In this document: positions 1 to 9,885 of the stretch, one piece after another | How the letters are laid out: every line of letters starts with the position of its first letter | Position numbering within the stretch: position 1 is the stretch's first letter | Origin: Chania multitudinisentens RB-25 | Lineage (GTDB): Bacteria > Pseudomonadota > Gammaproteobacteria > Enterobacterales > Enterobacteriaceae | Assembly (NCBI RefSeq): GCF_000520015.2 | Contig: NZ_CP007044.2 | Location: 5,072,294 to 5,096,293, forward strand | Length of the DNA: 24,000 nucleotides | Reading direction: 5' to 3' | The notes under the pieces: generated by a model | Database searches by the model: none | Seen by the model: the letters and a program-made list of their open reading frames with translations, nothing else | Told to the model about the DNA's origin: nothing | Made by a program: the position numbers and the translations under genes

Positions 1-196
1 TGGCGAAAAAATCAACCCATTGATTTAAAAATAAAATAATTCAACCCGGCGTATTAATTACTCTCTCACTCATCCACCCAGTTATAATTTTTTTCACTGT
101 TTACCTGAATAAAATCAAGTTCCTGCCATACTTCAAACTACGAGACTGCTGATGTTGTCTCTTCTTCACATTCATTAGACATTTTTGGGGTTTATT

Positions 197-664
197 ATGA
201 CTAAAACAATCGTTGCCATTGCTGTTGTGGCCGCCGCCCTTAGTGGCTGTGCCGCTAATAACACCTCCTCCGGCGATACCTTTACGGCCGCACAGGCCAG
301 ACAGGTTCAGACCGTTACCTATGGTACTTTGGTGTCAGTGCGCCCAGTAACGATTCAGGGTGGTGATGGCAACAATGCTGCCGGTGCGATTGGTGGGGCC
401 GTCGTAGGTGGCTTCCTCGGCAATACCGTAGGGGGTGGCCGTGGACGGAATCTGGCAACCGCAACCGGCGTTGTCGGTGGTGCCGCCGTTGGCCAAAGCG
501 TACAAAGTTCGATGAACCGCAGTAATGGTGTTGAGCTTGAGGTCCGCCGCGACGATGGTACTAACATTATCGTGGTACAGGCCCAGGGAACCAGCCAGTT
601 CCACCCAGGACAACGCGTTGCTATTGCAACCAACGGCAGGACAGTCACCGTGTCACCACGATAA
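197..664 (+). CDS. Small outer-membrane lipoprotein with glycine-zipper 2TM region (SlyB/PcpY-like)
   Basis: Lipobox-like AALSGCAANN; Gly-rich GAIGGAVVGGFLGNTVGGGRGRNLATATGVVGGAAVG. The ATG at 197 (MTKTIVAIAV) gives a normal signal peptide and is preferred over the TTG at 185. Confidence 0.85.
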   Translation: MTKTIVAIAVVAAALSGCAANNTSSGDTFTAAQARQVQTVTYGTLVSVRPVTIQGGDGNNAAGAIGGAVVGGFLGNTVGGGRGRNLATATGVVGGAAVGQSVQSSMNRSNGVELEVRRDDGTNIIVVQAQGTSQFHPGQRVAIATNGRTVTVSPR

Positions 665-816
665 CAGCCGATTAGTACCATCTTAAGCCCTGTTTAAGTT
701 ATTCACCGCAGAACGGCTTATTAAAAGGGATATAACATATACAAATGAATACACTTTTTGGGATGATAGCGAGTTTTCCGGCTCGGTTATTACAATAAAA
801 AACGGAGTTAAGACAC

Positions 817-2268
817 ATGTTCATCAAATGGGTAAAACGTATTGTACTGGTTGTGATTTTTTTAGCCGTCGGTGCACTTGCTGGGCGTATTTACTACACT
901 CAGCAAGGCCCGGCACTACAGCTTTGGCACACTTTTGTTCCGCATGAAATGCGTGCCGATGCGATTGATAAAGCCAGTTGGGCTGACTATCTGAAAGCAG
1001 AAGAGGCTCTTTTTAAAGAAGTTCGGCTGAATGTTACCGATAAGCTACCCAGCAACGTGCAAACGTCGTTGAACCGTTATTATTCTGGTAGCCCTATCTA
1101 CCCCGAAAAATTCCCCACCGATTGGAACCGTTCGTATGTCATGATGCCGGAAGGCAAACCCAAAGGTGCCGTCGTGCTGTTACACGGTTTGACCGACACC
1201 CCTTACAGCCTGCGGCATATTGCGGATAATTATCGCCAGTACGGTTATGTCGCAATCGGTATTCGTTTACCCGCCCACGGAACCGTTCCAGGCGCCTTGA
1301 CCGACGTGGATTGGGAGGATTGGCTGGCCGCCACCCGTTTGGCAGTGCGCGAAGCCAAACGCCTCAGTGGCGATGACGTTCCTTTGCACATCATTGGTTT
1401 TTCCAACGGTGGCGCATTGGCGATGAAATATACTCTGGATGCGCTTGACGATACCACGCTGGCAAAACCTCAACGCGTCGTGTTGATTTCGCCCATGATT
1501 GGCGTAACCAGCTTTGCCCGCTTTGCTGGCATCGCCGGTTGGCCAGCCATCTTCCCGGCCTTTGCCAAGGCAGCCTGGTTAGGTATCGTCCCCGAATTCA
1601 ACCCGTTCAAATTCAACTCATTCCCGGTGAATGCAGCACGGCAATCTTTCCAGTTGACGCAAGAATTGCAAAAACAGATCGCCCGTGATTCACGTAACAA
1701 CAAAATGAGTGAATTACCGCCGATTCTGACGTTCCAGTCAGTGCTGGACTCAACGGTCAGCACACGTGCGGTAATTACTGCGCTGTACAACCATCTGCCC
1801 GCCAATGGCAGTGAAGTCGTGCTGTTCGATTTAAACCAGGCGGTCAGCTTCGGGCCACTGCTCAGAACCTCGTCCTACACCGCGCTGCCACGCCTGCTGC
1901 CACCAGCGCCACGTAACTACAAGGCCACGATAGTGACCAACGTGTCGCCAGAAACGACCGATACGCTGGCACGCACAACCGCAGCCGGGCAAACCGCAGA
2001 GACCACAGAAATGCTTGGTATTACTTATTTGCCGGATATTTTCTCGCTGTCGCACGTTGCTCTGCCGTTCCCACTGAGTGATTCACTGTATGGGCGCTAT
2101 CCAGAACCGCGTAATCAGTATGGCATCAGCCTGGGAACCTTTGCCGCACGCGGTGAGCGAGCCGTGCTGGTGGTTGGGCTGGATTCACTGATGCGTATAT
2201 CTTCTAACCCATTCTTCCCGTACATGCTCAAACGCATTGACGATAACATCGGGCCACTGCCTAAATAA
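817..2268 (+). CDS. Alpha/beta hydrolase family protein, membrane-anchored or secreted N-terminus
   Basis: N-terminal hydrophobic segment; HGLTDTPYS oxyanion-type motif; nucleophile elbow GFSNGG; serine-aminopeptidase-like core. Confidence 0.8.
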   Translation: MFIKWVKRIVLVVIFLAVGALAGRIYYTQQGPALQLWHTFVPHEMRADAIDKASWADYLKAEEALFKEVRLNVTDKLPSNVQTSLNRYYSGSPIYPEKFPTDWNRSYVMMPEGKPKGAVVLLHGLTDTPYSLRHIADNYRQYGYVAIGIRLPAHGTVPGALTDVDWEDWLAATRLAVREAKRLSGDDVPLHIIGFSNGGALAMKYTLDALDDTTLAKPQRVVLISPMIGVTSFARFAGIAGWPAIFPAFAKAAWLGIVPEFNPFKFNSFPVNAARQSFQLTQELQKQIARDSRNNKMSELPPILTFQSVLDSTVSTRAVITALYNHLPANGSEVVLFDLNQAVSFGPLLRTSSYTALPRLLPPAPRNYKATIVTNVSPETTDTLARTTAAGQTAETTEMLGITYLPDIFSLSHVALPFPLSDSLYGRYPEPRNQYGISLGTFAARGERAVLVVGLDSLMRISSNPFFPYMLKRIDDNIGPLPK

Positions 2269-2273
2269 GAAAA

Positions 2274-2306
2274 GCGCGTTGGCTGGTGCAATACCAGCCA
2301 ACGCGC
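2274..2306 (-). terminator. Probable rho-independent terminator for the minus-strand signalling unit
   Basis: Perfect 14-bp stem GCGCGTTGGCTGGT/ACCAGCCAACGCGC with a 5-nt loop. On the minus strand it is followed by TTTTCTTATTT. Confidence 0.75.
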
Positions 2307-2349
2307 CTCACTCCGATCCCCCCTGTTTTTCTGACCCACTACCTTTGAA

Positions 2350-3327
2350 TCACAGAGAAGCCGGTGAAATATTGCCTAAAACGGTGCCACAAGTTTGATT
2401 CCTGCCTTTTCTCTTCGCTTGGTACAATTGCATATCTGCCTGCGATAAAAAATCAGAAAGCATCCCAGTGCTTCCCGCTTCTCGGCTACAAACTCCCAGA
2501 CTGATACTGACAAAAGGGGATACCGAAGTGTCCGCCTGAGGGATCTTCTGCTCAATGATGTGTAATCTTATCGTTTCAGCAACGCTCATTGCGCCACTCA
2601 ATTCGGTGTTGGGCAGCAAGCAGGCAAACTCTTCTCCGCCATAGCGTGCAACCAGATCGGTTGGGCGCTTGAGGGCCTGCTGGATGGTTTTTGCCACACG
2701 GCGCAAACAGTCATCCCCAGCCAGGTGACCATACAAGTCATTATATTTCTTGAAAAAATCGACATCGATAATGATCAGGCTAAGCGGAGTCTGATGGCGG
2801 GTTGCCAACATCCACTCCTGATTTAACCGCTCATCAAAACAGCGCCGATTATGTACTTCGGTCAGCCCATCCAAATAGACTAACTGGCGCAGCAGATCAG
2901 ATTGAGCCTTCAGCAACAGGTGGGTTCGCACCCGCGCTCTCACCGTGTTCCTATTGATCGGCTTACTGATAAAATCAACCGCCCCCTCGTTAAAACAACG
3001 GGTTTCTGTCGCTTCATCGATATGAGCGGTGACAAAGATAATCGGAATATCTTTGGTTTCAGGCAGCGCCTTGAGCTGGGCACAAACCTCATAACCGCTG
3101 ATATCAGGCATTTCGATATCCAACAAAACCAGATCCGGCTTTTGTTTGAGGCACACTTCCAGAGCCTGTTTTCCATTAGTGGCCATACAAACATGGTGAT
3201 CGGCAGAAAACGCTTGATATAGCATCTGAATATTGAGCGGATGATCATCAACAATCAGCAGCTTTGGTTTCTCCAAACCCGGTAACAACATCGCGGGATC
3301 TTGGTCGAGAGAATTATTTATCGTCAT
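2350..3327 (-). CDS. Response regulator diguanylate cyclase (REC-GGDEF)
   Basis: REC domain KLLIVDDHPLNIQM...LVLLDIEMPDISG; GGEEF active site in ARYGGEEFACLL; RPTD five residues upstream matches the I-site. Confidence 0.95.
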   Translation of the reverse strand: MTINNSLDQDPAMLLPGLEKPKLLIVDDHPLNIQMLYQAFSADHHVCMATNGKQALEVCLKQKPDLVLLDIEMPDISGYEVCAQLKALPETKDIPIIFVTAHIDEATETRCFNEGAVDFISKPINRNTVRARVRTHLLLKAQSDLLRQLVYLDGLTEVHNRRCFDERLNQEWMLATRHQTPLSLIIIDVDFFKKYNDLYGHLAGDDCLRRVAKTIQQALKRPTDLVARYGGEEFACLLPNTELSGAMSVAETIRLHIIEQKIPQADTSVSPFVSISLGVCSREAGSTGMLSDFLSQADMQLYQAKRKGRNQTCGTVLGNISPASL

Positions 3328-6300
3328 CGTTTTTATCTCTTTGGCTTGAGGAACTGCCCAGCAATGATTGACCTATTTGGATAGCCAAAGCGAAATCCAA
3401 TTGATTGATCGCTGCACTTAATGGGGATAATGCCCCACCAAGCTGATGACCAAAAGTCGTCTGTAACGTGCTCATCGCTTCCAGTGCCGCCATATCTGAA
3501 TTTTGTAACAGCAGTATCAACGCATTCAGTTCAGAATCAAGAGAATGTGTAAGGTTTTCCCCTGCCGAATCGGCATCAACCACATTTCCCTGCAATATCA
3601 GATTCAAAGCCTCCATCCCTGACTGAACGGACTGCGCGTGATTTTTTACTTCACTCAATACACTGTCTATGACTTCCAAGGCAGGTATTGACGCACTGCT
3701 CAATAATGTCTCCCCCTTACCAGCCTGCTGTGCTAATTGGCCTGCGCCAAGCTGTGCTGCCAGCCCTTTGATCGTGTGCAACAAACGTGAGGCGGCAGGC
3801 CAATCCTGCTGCACCGTTAACGCGTCTAATTGCTTTGGAAAATCGGCCAGTTCGGCCCCAAACAACGCGATCATCTTCTGGTAAAGCCCAATGTCGCCAC
3901 CTAATCGATTGACCGCCGGCTCCAGTTCAATGCCTGCCGCCGCCGCCGCCACCTTCCATTCCGCTGCTAGCGATGAAGCATTTTCTTTTTCTTTGGCAGG
4001 AGTTACCACCATCTCAGGCTGTTTGCTGTATTTCCGCACGGTATGGATAAGATTATTCAGATCAAAAGGTTTACCAATATGATCGTTCATCCCTGCCGCC
4101 AGGCAAGCATCGCGATCGGACGCCATCGCGTTGGCCGTCATGGCAATAATAGGTAAATCAGTCAAGCCTAACGTAGTACGGATATACTGCGTGGCGCTTA
4201 AGCCATCCATTACCGGCATCTGCAAATCCATTAATACAACATCGAAAGCGGTAGGATCCTCTTGAAGTCTCTCAACGGCCTCTTGCCCATGATTCGCGAT
4301 CTCAACAATCGCCCCTTCATCTTCCAACAACTCGCGGGCAATTTGCTGGTTATTCAAGTTATCTTCTACAACCAATAACTTCACGCCGGATAACTGGTGT
4401 GAAGCCGCAGGCAATCTGGGTTGAACAGTTTCGAGTTGTTTACCTTCACTCAAAGCATCCGTCACGGAATCCAACAGCATGGAAGCCGTTATCGGTTTTA
4501 CCAAATAACCATTCAGCAACGCCTGATCTTCTTCACTGCGCTGCAATAGCATTTCACGATCATGAGCAGTGATCATCACTATCATGGGGGCAATGTCTTC
4601 CGGCATCAGCTCACGTACGGATTTACTGGTTTGCCAACCATCCAACCCCGGCATTTGCCAGTCAATAAATAACGCACCGTAGGTAATTCCCTTTTCGCGT
4701 TGTTGTTTCATTAATTGCAACGCTTCATTACCGCTGGTGGCGACATCCACAGTCCATTTCAATGATTCCCCCATGCGCTTAATCAGATCACAGGCCGTTG
4801 GATTATCATCCACCACTAATACACGTAAATGATTAAGTGCATGAGCCCGGGTTACCAACGGTTCAGGCGCTTTCTGTTCAGGGAGAGGCTGAGCAGGAAT
4901 CGGTAAAGTAATTGTGAAATGAAACAGGCTGCCATGGCCAAGCTGGCTTTCTAATTCCAGTGTTCCCCCCATTAAGGCAACAAAACGCTGGCTGATCACC
5001 AGACCTAGCCCTGAACCACCGAAACGCCGAGTAATAGAGGCTTCTGCCTGTGTAAAACCACTGAAAATGCGCTCTTGATGCTCTGGAGCAATGCCAATCC
5101 CCGAATCACGCACACCAAAATGCAGCGTCACGCGATCGCTCTCTTTATGCACCACTTTGATAAATAATATCACTTCACCTTGCTCGGTGAACTTCAGCGC
5201 ATTCCCCCCAAGATTGATTAATATCTGCTGGAGCCGCATGCTGTCGCCTTCAACAAATGAGGGCAAACGGGGATCGATATCGAACAGCACTTCAACATTT
5301 TTAACTTTCAGGTTGCTGGACAAAATAACGGATAAATCCCGCAGCATGGTATGAATGTCAAAAGGAATACATTCCAACACCATTTTACCCGATTCAATTT
5401 TAGAGAAATCCAAGATGTCATTCAGCAACCGTAACAGGGTGCGGGCCGCCGCTTCACTTTTAACGGCATAATCTGCCTGTTTATTATTAAGCCCTGTTTT
5501 TCTTAATAACGTCATCATGCCCAAAATGGCATTCATTGGCGTGCGTAATTCATGGCTCATCGTAGCCAGAAAAGCCGATTTGGCACTATTGGCCTCTTCC
5601 GCCGCCTGTCTGGCCATCCGCAGTGTATTCTCATCCTCACGTTGCTGAGTGATGTCACGATTTATCCCCATCATCGAAACCGGGCGACCATTCTCATCCC
5701 GCTCAACCATCCCGCTCGATTGAATGAAGCGTATTTGATTATCAACAACAATCCGAAAATCCTGGCGGTAAACATTTTCACTTTCCAGCGCCATTTTCAC
5801 TGCATAAGTCACTTCCGGGCGATCTTCCGGGTGCAACAAGCTATACCAGTATTCCTGAGGGATAGGAACATTGCATAACTCCGCAGGCAATGTATAAATC
5901 TCATTCATTCGTTCATCAAAAGAGAAGGTTTTATCAGGGATATTCCAAAACCAGATCCCCAACTCTGCAACATCGGCTGCCCGGATCAATTGGTTACGAG
6001 CAATGATCAGATTGGCTTGCTGGCTCTTGCTGGTGGTAATATCAATCTGAATGGAAATATATCGTTCAATCTCGCCAGCGCTGTTTTTAAACGGTGCAAT
6101 CGTGGTATCAACCCAATACAGACTCCCGTCCTTCGCTTTATTACAAATCTCACTCCGCCAAGAAATGCCATTGGCAATGTTTTTCCACATAGCTTGCCAG
6201 AAGTCAGTGGAATGAGTATGCGAGTCTAATAGCCGATAGTTTTGACCAATCAACTCTTCCCGCTGATAACCACTGATATTGCAGAATGCATCATTAACTT

Positions 6301-7894
6301 CGGTGATCAACCCATTACTATCAGCAGCAGAAATAATGCCATGCAGATTAAGCGTGCTGAGCAAAGCATTATTTTCACGCAATGCCGTTTCAAGCCGCAT
6401 GTAGGTTGCTTTACGCTCACTGATATCTGACTCAATAGCCATAAACCCGATGGGTTCATTCTGCTCGTTGTAACGCGGTTGAATTTCTAATTCAATCCAA
6501 TATTCCTGACCTGACTTAGAACGGTTTAATATTTCACCATTAAATGACTCACCGGCATCCAATGCGGCTTTCATCGCCGCCGCTACCTGCTTGTCGGTAT
6601 TAACACTTTGCAGTAACTGGCCAGGCGATTTGCCAAACACTTCGGCACTGCTGTAACCGGTGATACGTTCAAAGCCTTCATTAACCCAAACTATATGACG
6701 GTTTACATCGGTAATAATAACGGCGTTGGAGGTATTTTTTGCCACTAACGCCAGCCGCTCCAGGTCTGCCGTCATATTGCGTGCCAGCATTTCTGCACGA
6801 TAGCGCCCATTGATTTGCTGGCGTAACAGTAACGCCAATACGCTGCTGAGCAGGAAACCAAAAGCCAGCAATAGCCACGCGATATAACGTTCCATCAATG
6901 CTTCAAAGGCGGGAGTACTGCTTACCACCAGGGTCATCTCTCGCCCTGGCAAGGATAATGTACTGACATTACGAAATATTCTTGCATTAATAATTTCGGC
7001 ATGATGTTTTTCTTCTACCACATCGGGTTTCTGATCGTCGTCAGCATCAAAAATCAAATGTTGGATAGACATGTCATGCGTACTGTCAAACAGCTCAATA
7101 TCCACGCGCCCATTGATAAATTCAGGAATATTGCGTAGCAGGTCAGCAATCACAATCGGAGAATAGAGCAGCCCTATCAACGATGCCTGCCGTTCAGCAG
7201 GCGTCACAGGATTGGCTCCATGCGCGTAAACAGGCACAAAAAGCAAAACACCGGGAATTTTACGATTATCTTGAACTAAATTAATGGTGCCCGACAGCGT
7301 AGCTTTGCCGGTGTTAATCGCCAATAAAGCCGCCTCGCGCCGAACGGATTCAGAACCAATATCAAGCCCTTCCGCTTGTTGGTTTTTATCAGCAGGCTCA
7401 ATAAATTTGATGACATACAGATCGTCATAATGCGTATCATTGAGCTGATGGATGGTAAACGCTGGAGCACCATCAGCACGTACATCCGCAACAAACTGAG
7501 CCAAATTATTGCGTTGAACGTGTTGAATGAAACCAAATCCCCTCACTCCTGGAAACTCAACCGGCAAATCACGGGATGCGACATAAGCACGAAACTGCTC
7601 ACGATTTAAATGATTATTGGTCGCGTAAGTCCCTTTTGCGCCTCTCAACCCATACACCGGCTGGGAAAAGCGCCTGACGATCTCGCCTGAAACCCTTTCA
7701 ACATTACGTTGAAACTCAGCTCGGGCATTGGCTTCAATTTCGTTATAAAGCCGCCACGCTCCGGCCCCAGAAAGAATCACCCCAACAATAAATAATAAGA
7801 GTGGCAAGAGGTTAGCTTGCTGTGAGTGATATTTATCCCAGAAAGAGGACTTTTTTTGCGTGTGAGTACTTCCATTTGACTGTTGGGAGGCCAT
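3314..7894 (-). CDS. Hybrid sensor histidine kinase: CHASE, three PAS, HisKA, HATPase, two REC, HPt
   Basis: CHASE-like periplasmic region (GLRGAKGTYA...FPGVRGFGF); three PAS/PAC-like stretches; HisKA SHELRTPMNA; HATPase GSGLGLVISQRF; REC aspartate regions FIDWQMPG and LMDLQMPVMDG; HPt LLHTIKGLAAQ. Confidence 0.93.
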   Translation of the reverse strand: MASQQSNGSTHTQKKSSFWDKYHSQQANLLPLLLFIVGVILSGAGAWRLYNEIEANARAEFQRNVERVSGEIVRRFSQPVYGLRGAKGTYATNNHLNREQFRAYVASRDLPVEFPGVRGFGFIQHVQRNNLAQFVADVRADGAPAFTIHQLNDTHYDDLYVIKFIEPADKNQQAEGLDIGSESVRREAALLAINTGKATLSGTINLVQDNRKIPGVLLFVPVYAHGANPVTPAERQASLIGLLYSPIVIADLLRNIPEFINGRVDIELFDSTHDMSIQHLIFDADDDQKPDVVEEKHHAEIINARIFRNVSTLSLPGREMTLVVSSTPAFEALMERYIAWLLLAFGFLLSSVLALLLRQQINGRYRAEMLARNMTADLERLALVAKNTSNAVIITDVNRHIVWVNEGFERITGYSSAEVFGKSPGQLLQSVNTDKQVAAAMKAALDAGESFNGEILNRSKSGQEYWIELEIQPRYNEQNEPIGFMAIESDISERKATYMRLETALRENNALLSTLNLHGIISAADSNGLITEVNDAFCNISGYQREELIGQNYRLLDSHTHSTDFWQAMWKNIANGISWRSEICNKAKDGSLYWVDTTIAPFKNSAGEIERYISIQIDITTSKSQQANLIIARNQLIRAADVAELGIWFWNIPDKTFSFDERMNEIYTLPAELCNVPIPQEYWYSLLHPEDRPEVTYAVKMALESENVYRQDFRIVVDNQIRFIQSSGMVERDENGRPVSMMGINRDITQQREDENTLRMARQAAEEANSAKSAFLATMSHELRTPMNAILGMMTLLRKTGLNNKQADYAVKSEAAARTLLRLLNDILDFSKIESGKMVLECIPFDIHTMLRDLSVILSSNLKVKNVEVLFDIDPRLPSFVEGDSMRLQQILINLGGNALKFTEQGEVILFIKVVHKESDRVTLHFGVRDSGIGIAPEHQERIFSGFTQAEASITRRFGGSGLGLVISQRFVALMGGTLELESQLGHGSLFHFTITLPIPAQPLPEQKAPEPLVTRAHALNHLRVLVVDDNPTACDLIKRMGESLKWTVDVATSGNEALQLMKQQREKGITYGALFIDWQMPGLDGWQTSKSVRELMPEDIAPMIVMITAHDREMLLQRSEEDQALLNGYLVKPITASMLLDSVTDALSEGKQLETVQPRLPAASHQLSGVKLLVVEDNLNNQQIARELLEDEGAIVEIANHGQEAVERLQEDPTAFDVVLMDLQMPVMDGLSATQYIRTTLGLTDLPIIAMTANAMASDRDACLAAGMNDHIGKPFDLNNLIHTVRKYSKQPEMVVTPAKEKENASSLAAEWKVAAAAAGIELEPAVNRLGGDIGLYQKMIALFGAELADFPKQLDALTVQQDWPAASRLLHTIKGLAAQLGAGQLAQQAGKGETLLSSASIPALEVIDSVLSEVKNHAQSVQSGMEALNLILQGNVVDADSAGENLTHSLDSELNALILLLQNSDMAALEAMSTLQTTFGHQLGGALSPLSAAINQLDFALAIQIGQSLLGSSSSQRDKNDDDK

Positions 7895-8222
7895 ATAACG
7901 TTACTTTCCTTATACCTAGCAATAAACTCAAACATCAACGTATTGCTATGTGATTTGATCCCAAACCCGAGTCTAAACCCATTGTAATCAGGTGTAACCG
8001 ACTTCAAGTTGATCGCGCATTCGTAGAGTCAGCAGATTGTTGGCATATCCTGCCCGATCCAACATGGGAGCGCCGCCGATTATTTAGTGTAGGCACCACG
8101 CTTCGATTTTGCACTCGTATAACAGCCTACCGGCTCTATTACGGAACCCCCATCAAAATTTGCCGCAAAAACACTCTGCGATTGCATTACCTGCCTGAAA
8201 GAGACCAGTGGTAGAGGTCTCT

Positions 8223-8312
8223 CCTAGATTACGCCACATCCTACATTTTGATCGGTATTCTGCGAGTGAGATTAAGTGATTTTTCATGAGGCTATGTGAT
8301 ATGGCAGCGAAA
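8223..8312. repeat. Diverged direct repeat, copy A
   Basis: CCTAGATTACGCCACATCCTACATTTTGATCGGTATTCTGCGAGTGAGATTAAGTGATTTTTCATGAG...CAGCGAAA aligns to 10718-10815 with about 77% identity over the 69-nt core. Confidence 0.65.
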
Positions 8313-8536
8313 ACCACCATAACCTTTAAACTTACTAGACTGAAACTGGTAACAGTGTCAGTCCAGCTAGCGGAGCCTGAAGGACACCAAGAAATCAATA
8401 TCCCATTACGTTGAAGCATTTTAAGCAGAGATAATCACTAATCGGGTATTGCTATCGTGTTGAGTTATTCCCAAAAGGCAAGCTCAAACAGACATTTTTC
8501 AGCAAACAAATAGCCGTTACCACAGCATCGGCTCTG

Positions 8537-8922
8537 TTAACTTGCCTTGATATTATCTTTCCTGACGTCAATAACACTCCCTGTACCCCCCATAGCCAGA
8601 ACTTTAAGACTCTTAATGGCAACCTCTTTAGGGTCTAACAAAGAATCAGCGGGCTCAACCCCAAAATTATTGACTCTCATTGGCGTTGCTGTTCTTTCCG
8701 GATTAATACAATTAACTTTCACATTATCAACTATCCATTCGTCGGCTAATGCCTGCGTCAGATTTACAATAGCAGCCTTAGCAGATGAGTATAATGCATA
8801 AGGAATATATGCGATTTTAACACCTCTACTGTGAAGGATATGGCTTCTGAAAGCTCCAGGCCGGGCTTCATGATAGGGATTTTGTAAAAAACCACATCCG
8901 GTTGACGTACCTCCAGCGAATA
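8537..8922 (-). pseudogene. C-terminal remnant of a short-chain dehydrogenase/reductase, resembling the SDR domain of ribulose/ribitol-5-phosphate reductase-cytidylyltransferase type enzymes
   Basis: The minus frame reads [58 protein letters not shown]...[12 protein letters not shown]. YxxxK and the [13 protein letters not shown] region are present. The N-terminal Rossmann region and a plausible start are absent. The 5' boundary is uncertain (SDR-like from about 8840; the open frame continues to about 8922). Confidence 0.65.
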
Positions 8923-8925
8923 ATC

Positions 8926-9084
8926 CTAAAAACCAACATCATCAAATCCTCTTTCTTTAAACATACTACGCTGTATATCACCATTAAGATCGGTTGCTTT
9001 ACAATTGAGATAGGGAACTGGAGTGACCATATCCCTGACCAATTGAGATTGCAGAACCGGAAGTTGGCGATAGCCTATTTCCCC
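8926..9084 (-). pseudogene. C-terminal fragment of an unidentified protein
   Basis: The minus frame reads [52 protein letters not shown], bounded upstream by an in-frame TAA, with no start or identifiable N-terminus. Confidence 0.3.
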
Positions 9085-9129
9085 TTATATCGAAAATTCC
9101 TCCACCATCCCCCTACTAAAGGACCAGCA

Positions 9130-9837
9130 CTACCGATCAATAGGATCGGATATTACAGGCATAAACTTTACCGGAGGAACGATCGCATGCAGAGGTTTAT
9201 TAAACAGATGCCTGTAATCTACATTTTGTTGCTCAATATCACTTTTACCTTGAATCTGATAACCACTATTGGGAAAGATCCCCAACCATAAGTCCTGTTG
9301 CATACAACTGTGCCAGTTTACATCTAACGCATACTGCTGCTTACCTCCCCCTTGAAGAAGCACTAACAATCCGGAACGATAGTTATGAATGAGTTTTGCA
9401 TAATAGGATTTGTTTACAATGTAAGCACATGCACACCATGCCATATTGACACGAACAATATAATCAACACTCTTAAACGGCGTAACCGAATGATAATTAG
9501 CGGCTAAAAAAGCAACATTCCAGCTTATTTTTGATAATGACTGAAAATATCGATTAAGGTTTTCATAATTTTCTTTTTCCTCATTAAAAGCAAAATCATC
9601 TTCAAGAACTAATATTTTTTCCCAATTTTTTTCTTGCGCCATTTCCAGAACAGCAATATGTGAAAGTGTACAGCCAATATATCCAGGATTATATTCAACC
9701 GCATCAAAATGAATAATCTTATTTTTTGACACACCAAGGGATTTTAATTGCCGCATAATGCGTACTCGTCGATCTTTACGTGTCTTGAGGTTTATAAAGA
9801 TCACTTTATCAACAAAATCCCAATTTATAGCACTCAT
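9130..9837 (-). CDS. Glycosyltransferase family 25 (LPS/LOS biosynthesis-type) protein
   Basis: VIFINLKTRKDRRVRIMRQL...GYIGCTLSHIAVLEMAQEKNWEKILVLEDDFAF is the family-25 N-terminus with the EDD motif; 235 aa uninterrupted. Confidence 0.85.
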   Translation of the reverse strand: MSAINWDFVDKVIFINLKTRKDRRVRIMRQLKSLGVSKNKIIHFDAVEYNPGYIGCTLSHIAVLEMAQEKNWEKILVLEDDFAFNEEKENYENLNRYFQSLSKISWNVAFLAANYHSVTPFKSVDYIVRVNMAWCACAYIVNKSYYAKLIHNYRSGLLVLLQGGGKQQYALDVNWHSCMQQDLWLGIFPNSGYQIQGKSDIEQQNVDYRHLFNKPLHAIVPPVKFMPVISDPIDR

Positions 9838-9885
9838 GATATTATTACCCTTACAATTAACCCAAAACTTCCAACACCTGCCTAC

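Noticed and set aside
3669-6430. Several plus-strand ORFs of 60-110 aa inside the hybrid kinase gene
   Set aside because: All are antisense to a well-supported multidomain CDS and have no family resemblance.
7777-8007. 76-aa minus ORF upstream of the hybrid kinase
   Set aside because: Largely overlaps the 5' end of the kinase ORF in another frame and has no recognisable domain.
8200-8222. Hairpin AGAGACC/GGTCTCT next to repeat copy A
   Set aside because: Only 7 bp, no T tract, and the corresponding copy B position does not preserve it; insufficient as a feature.
8153-8419. 88-aa minus ORF overlapping repeat copy A, initially considered as a transposase fragment
   Set aside because: No recognisable transposase motif, and the similarity to the region upstream of mutS is at the DNA level and does not share a conserved reading frame.
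8902-9291. 129-aa plus-strand ORF
   Set aside because: Lies antisense to the 3' end of the glycosyltransferase and to the fragment at 8926-9084; composition looks like an antisense reading.
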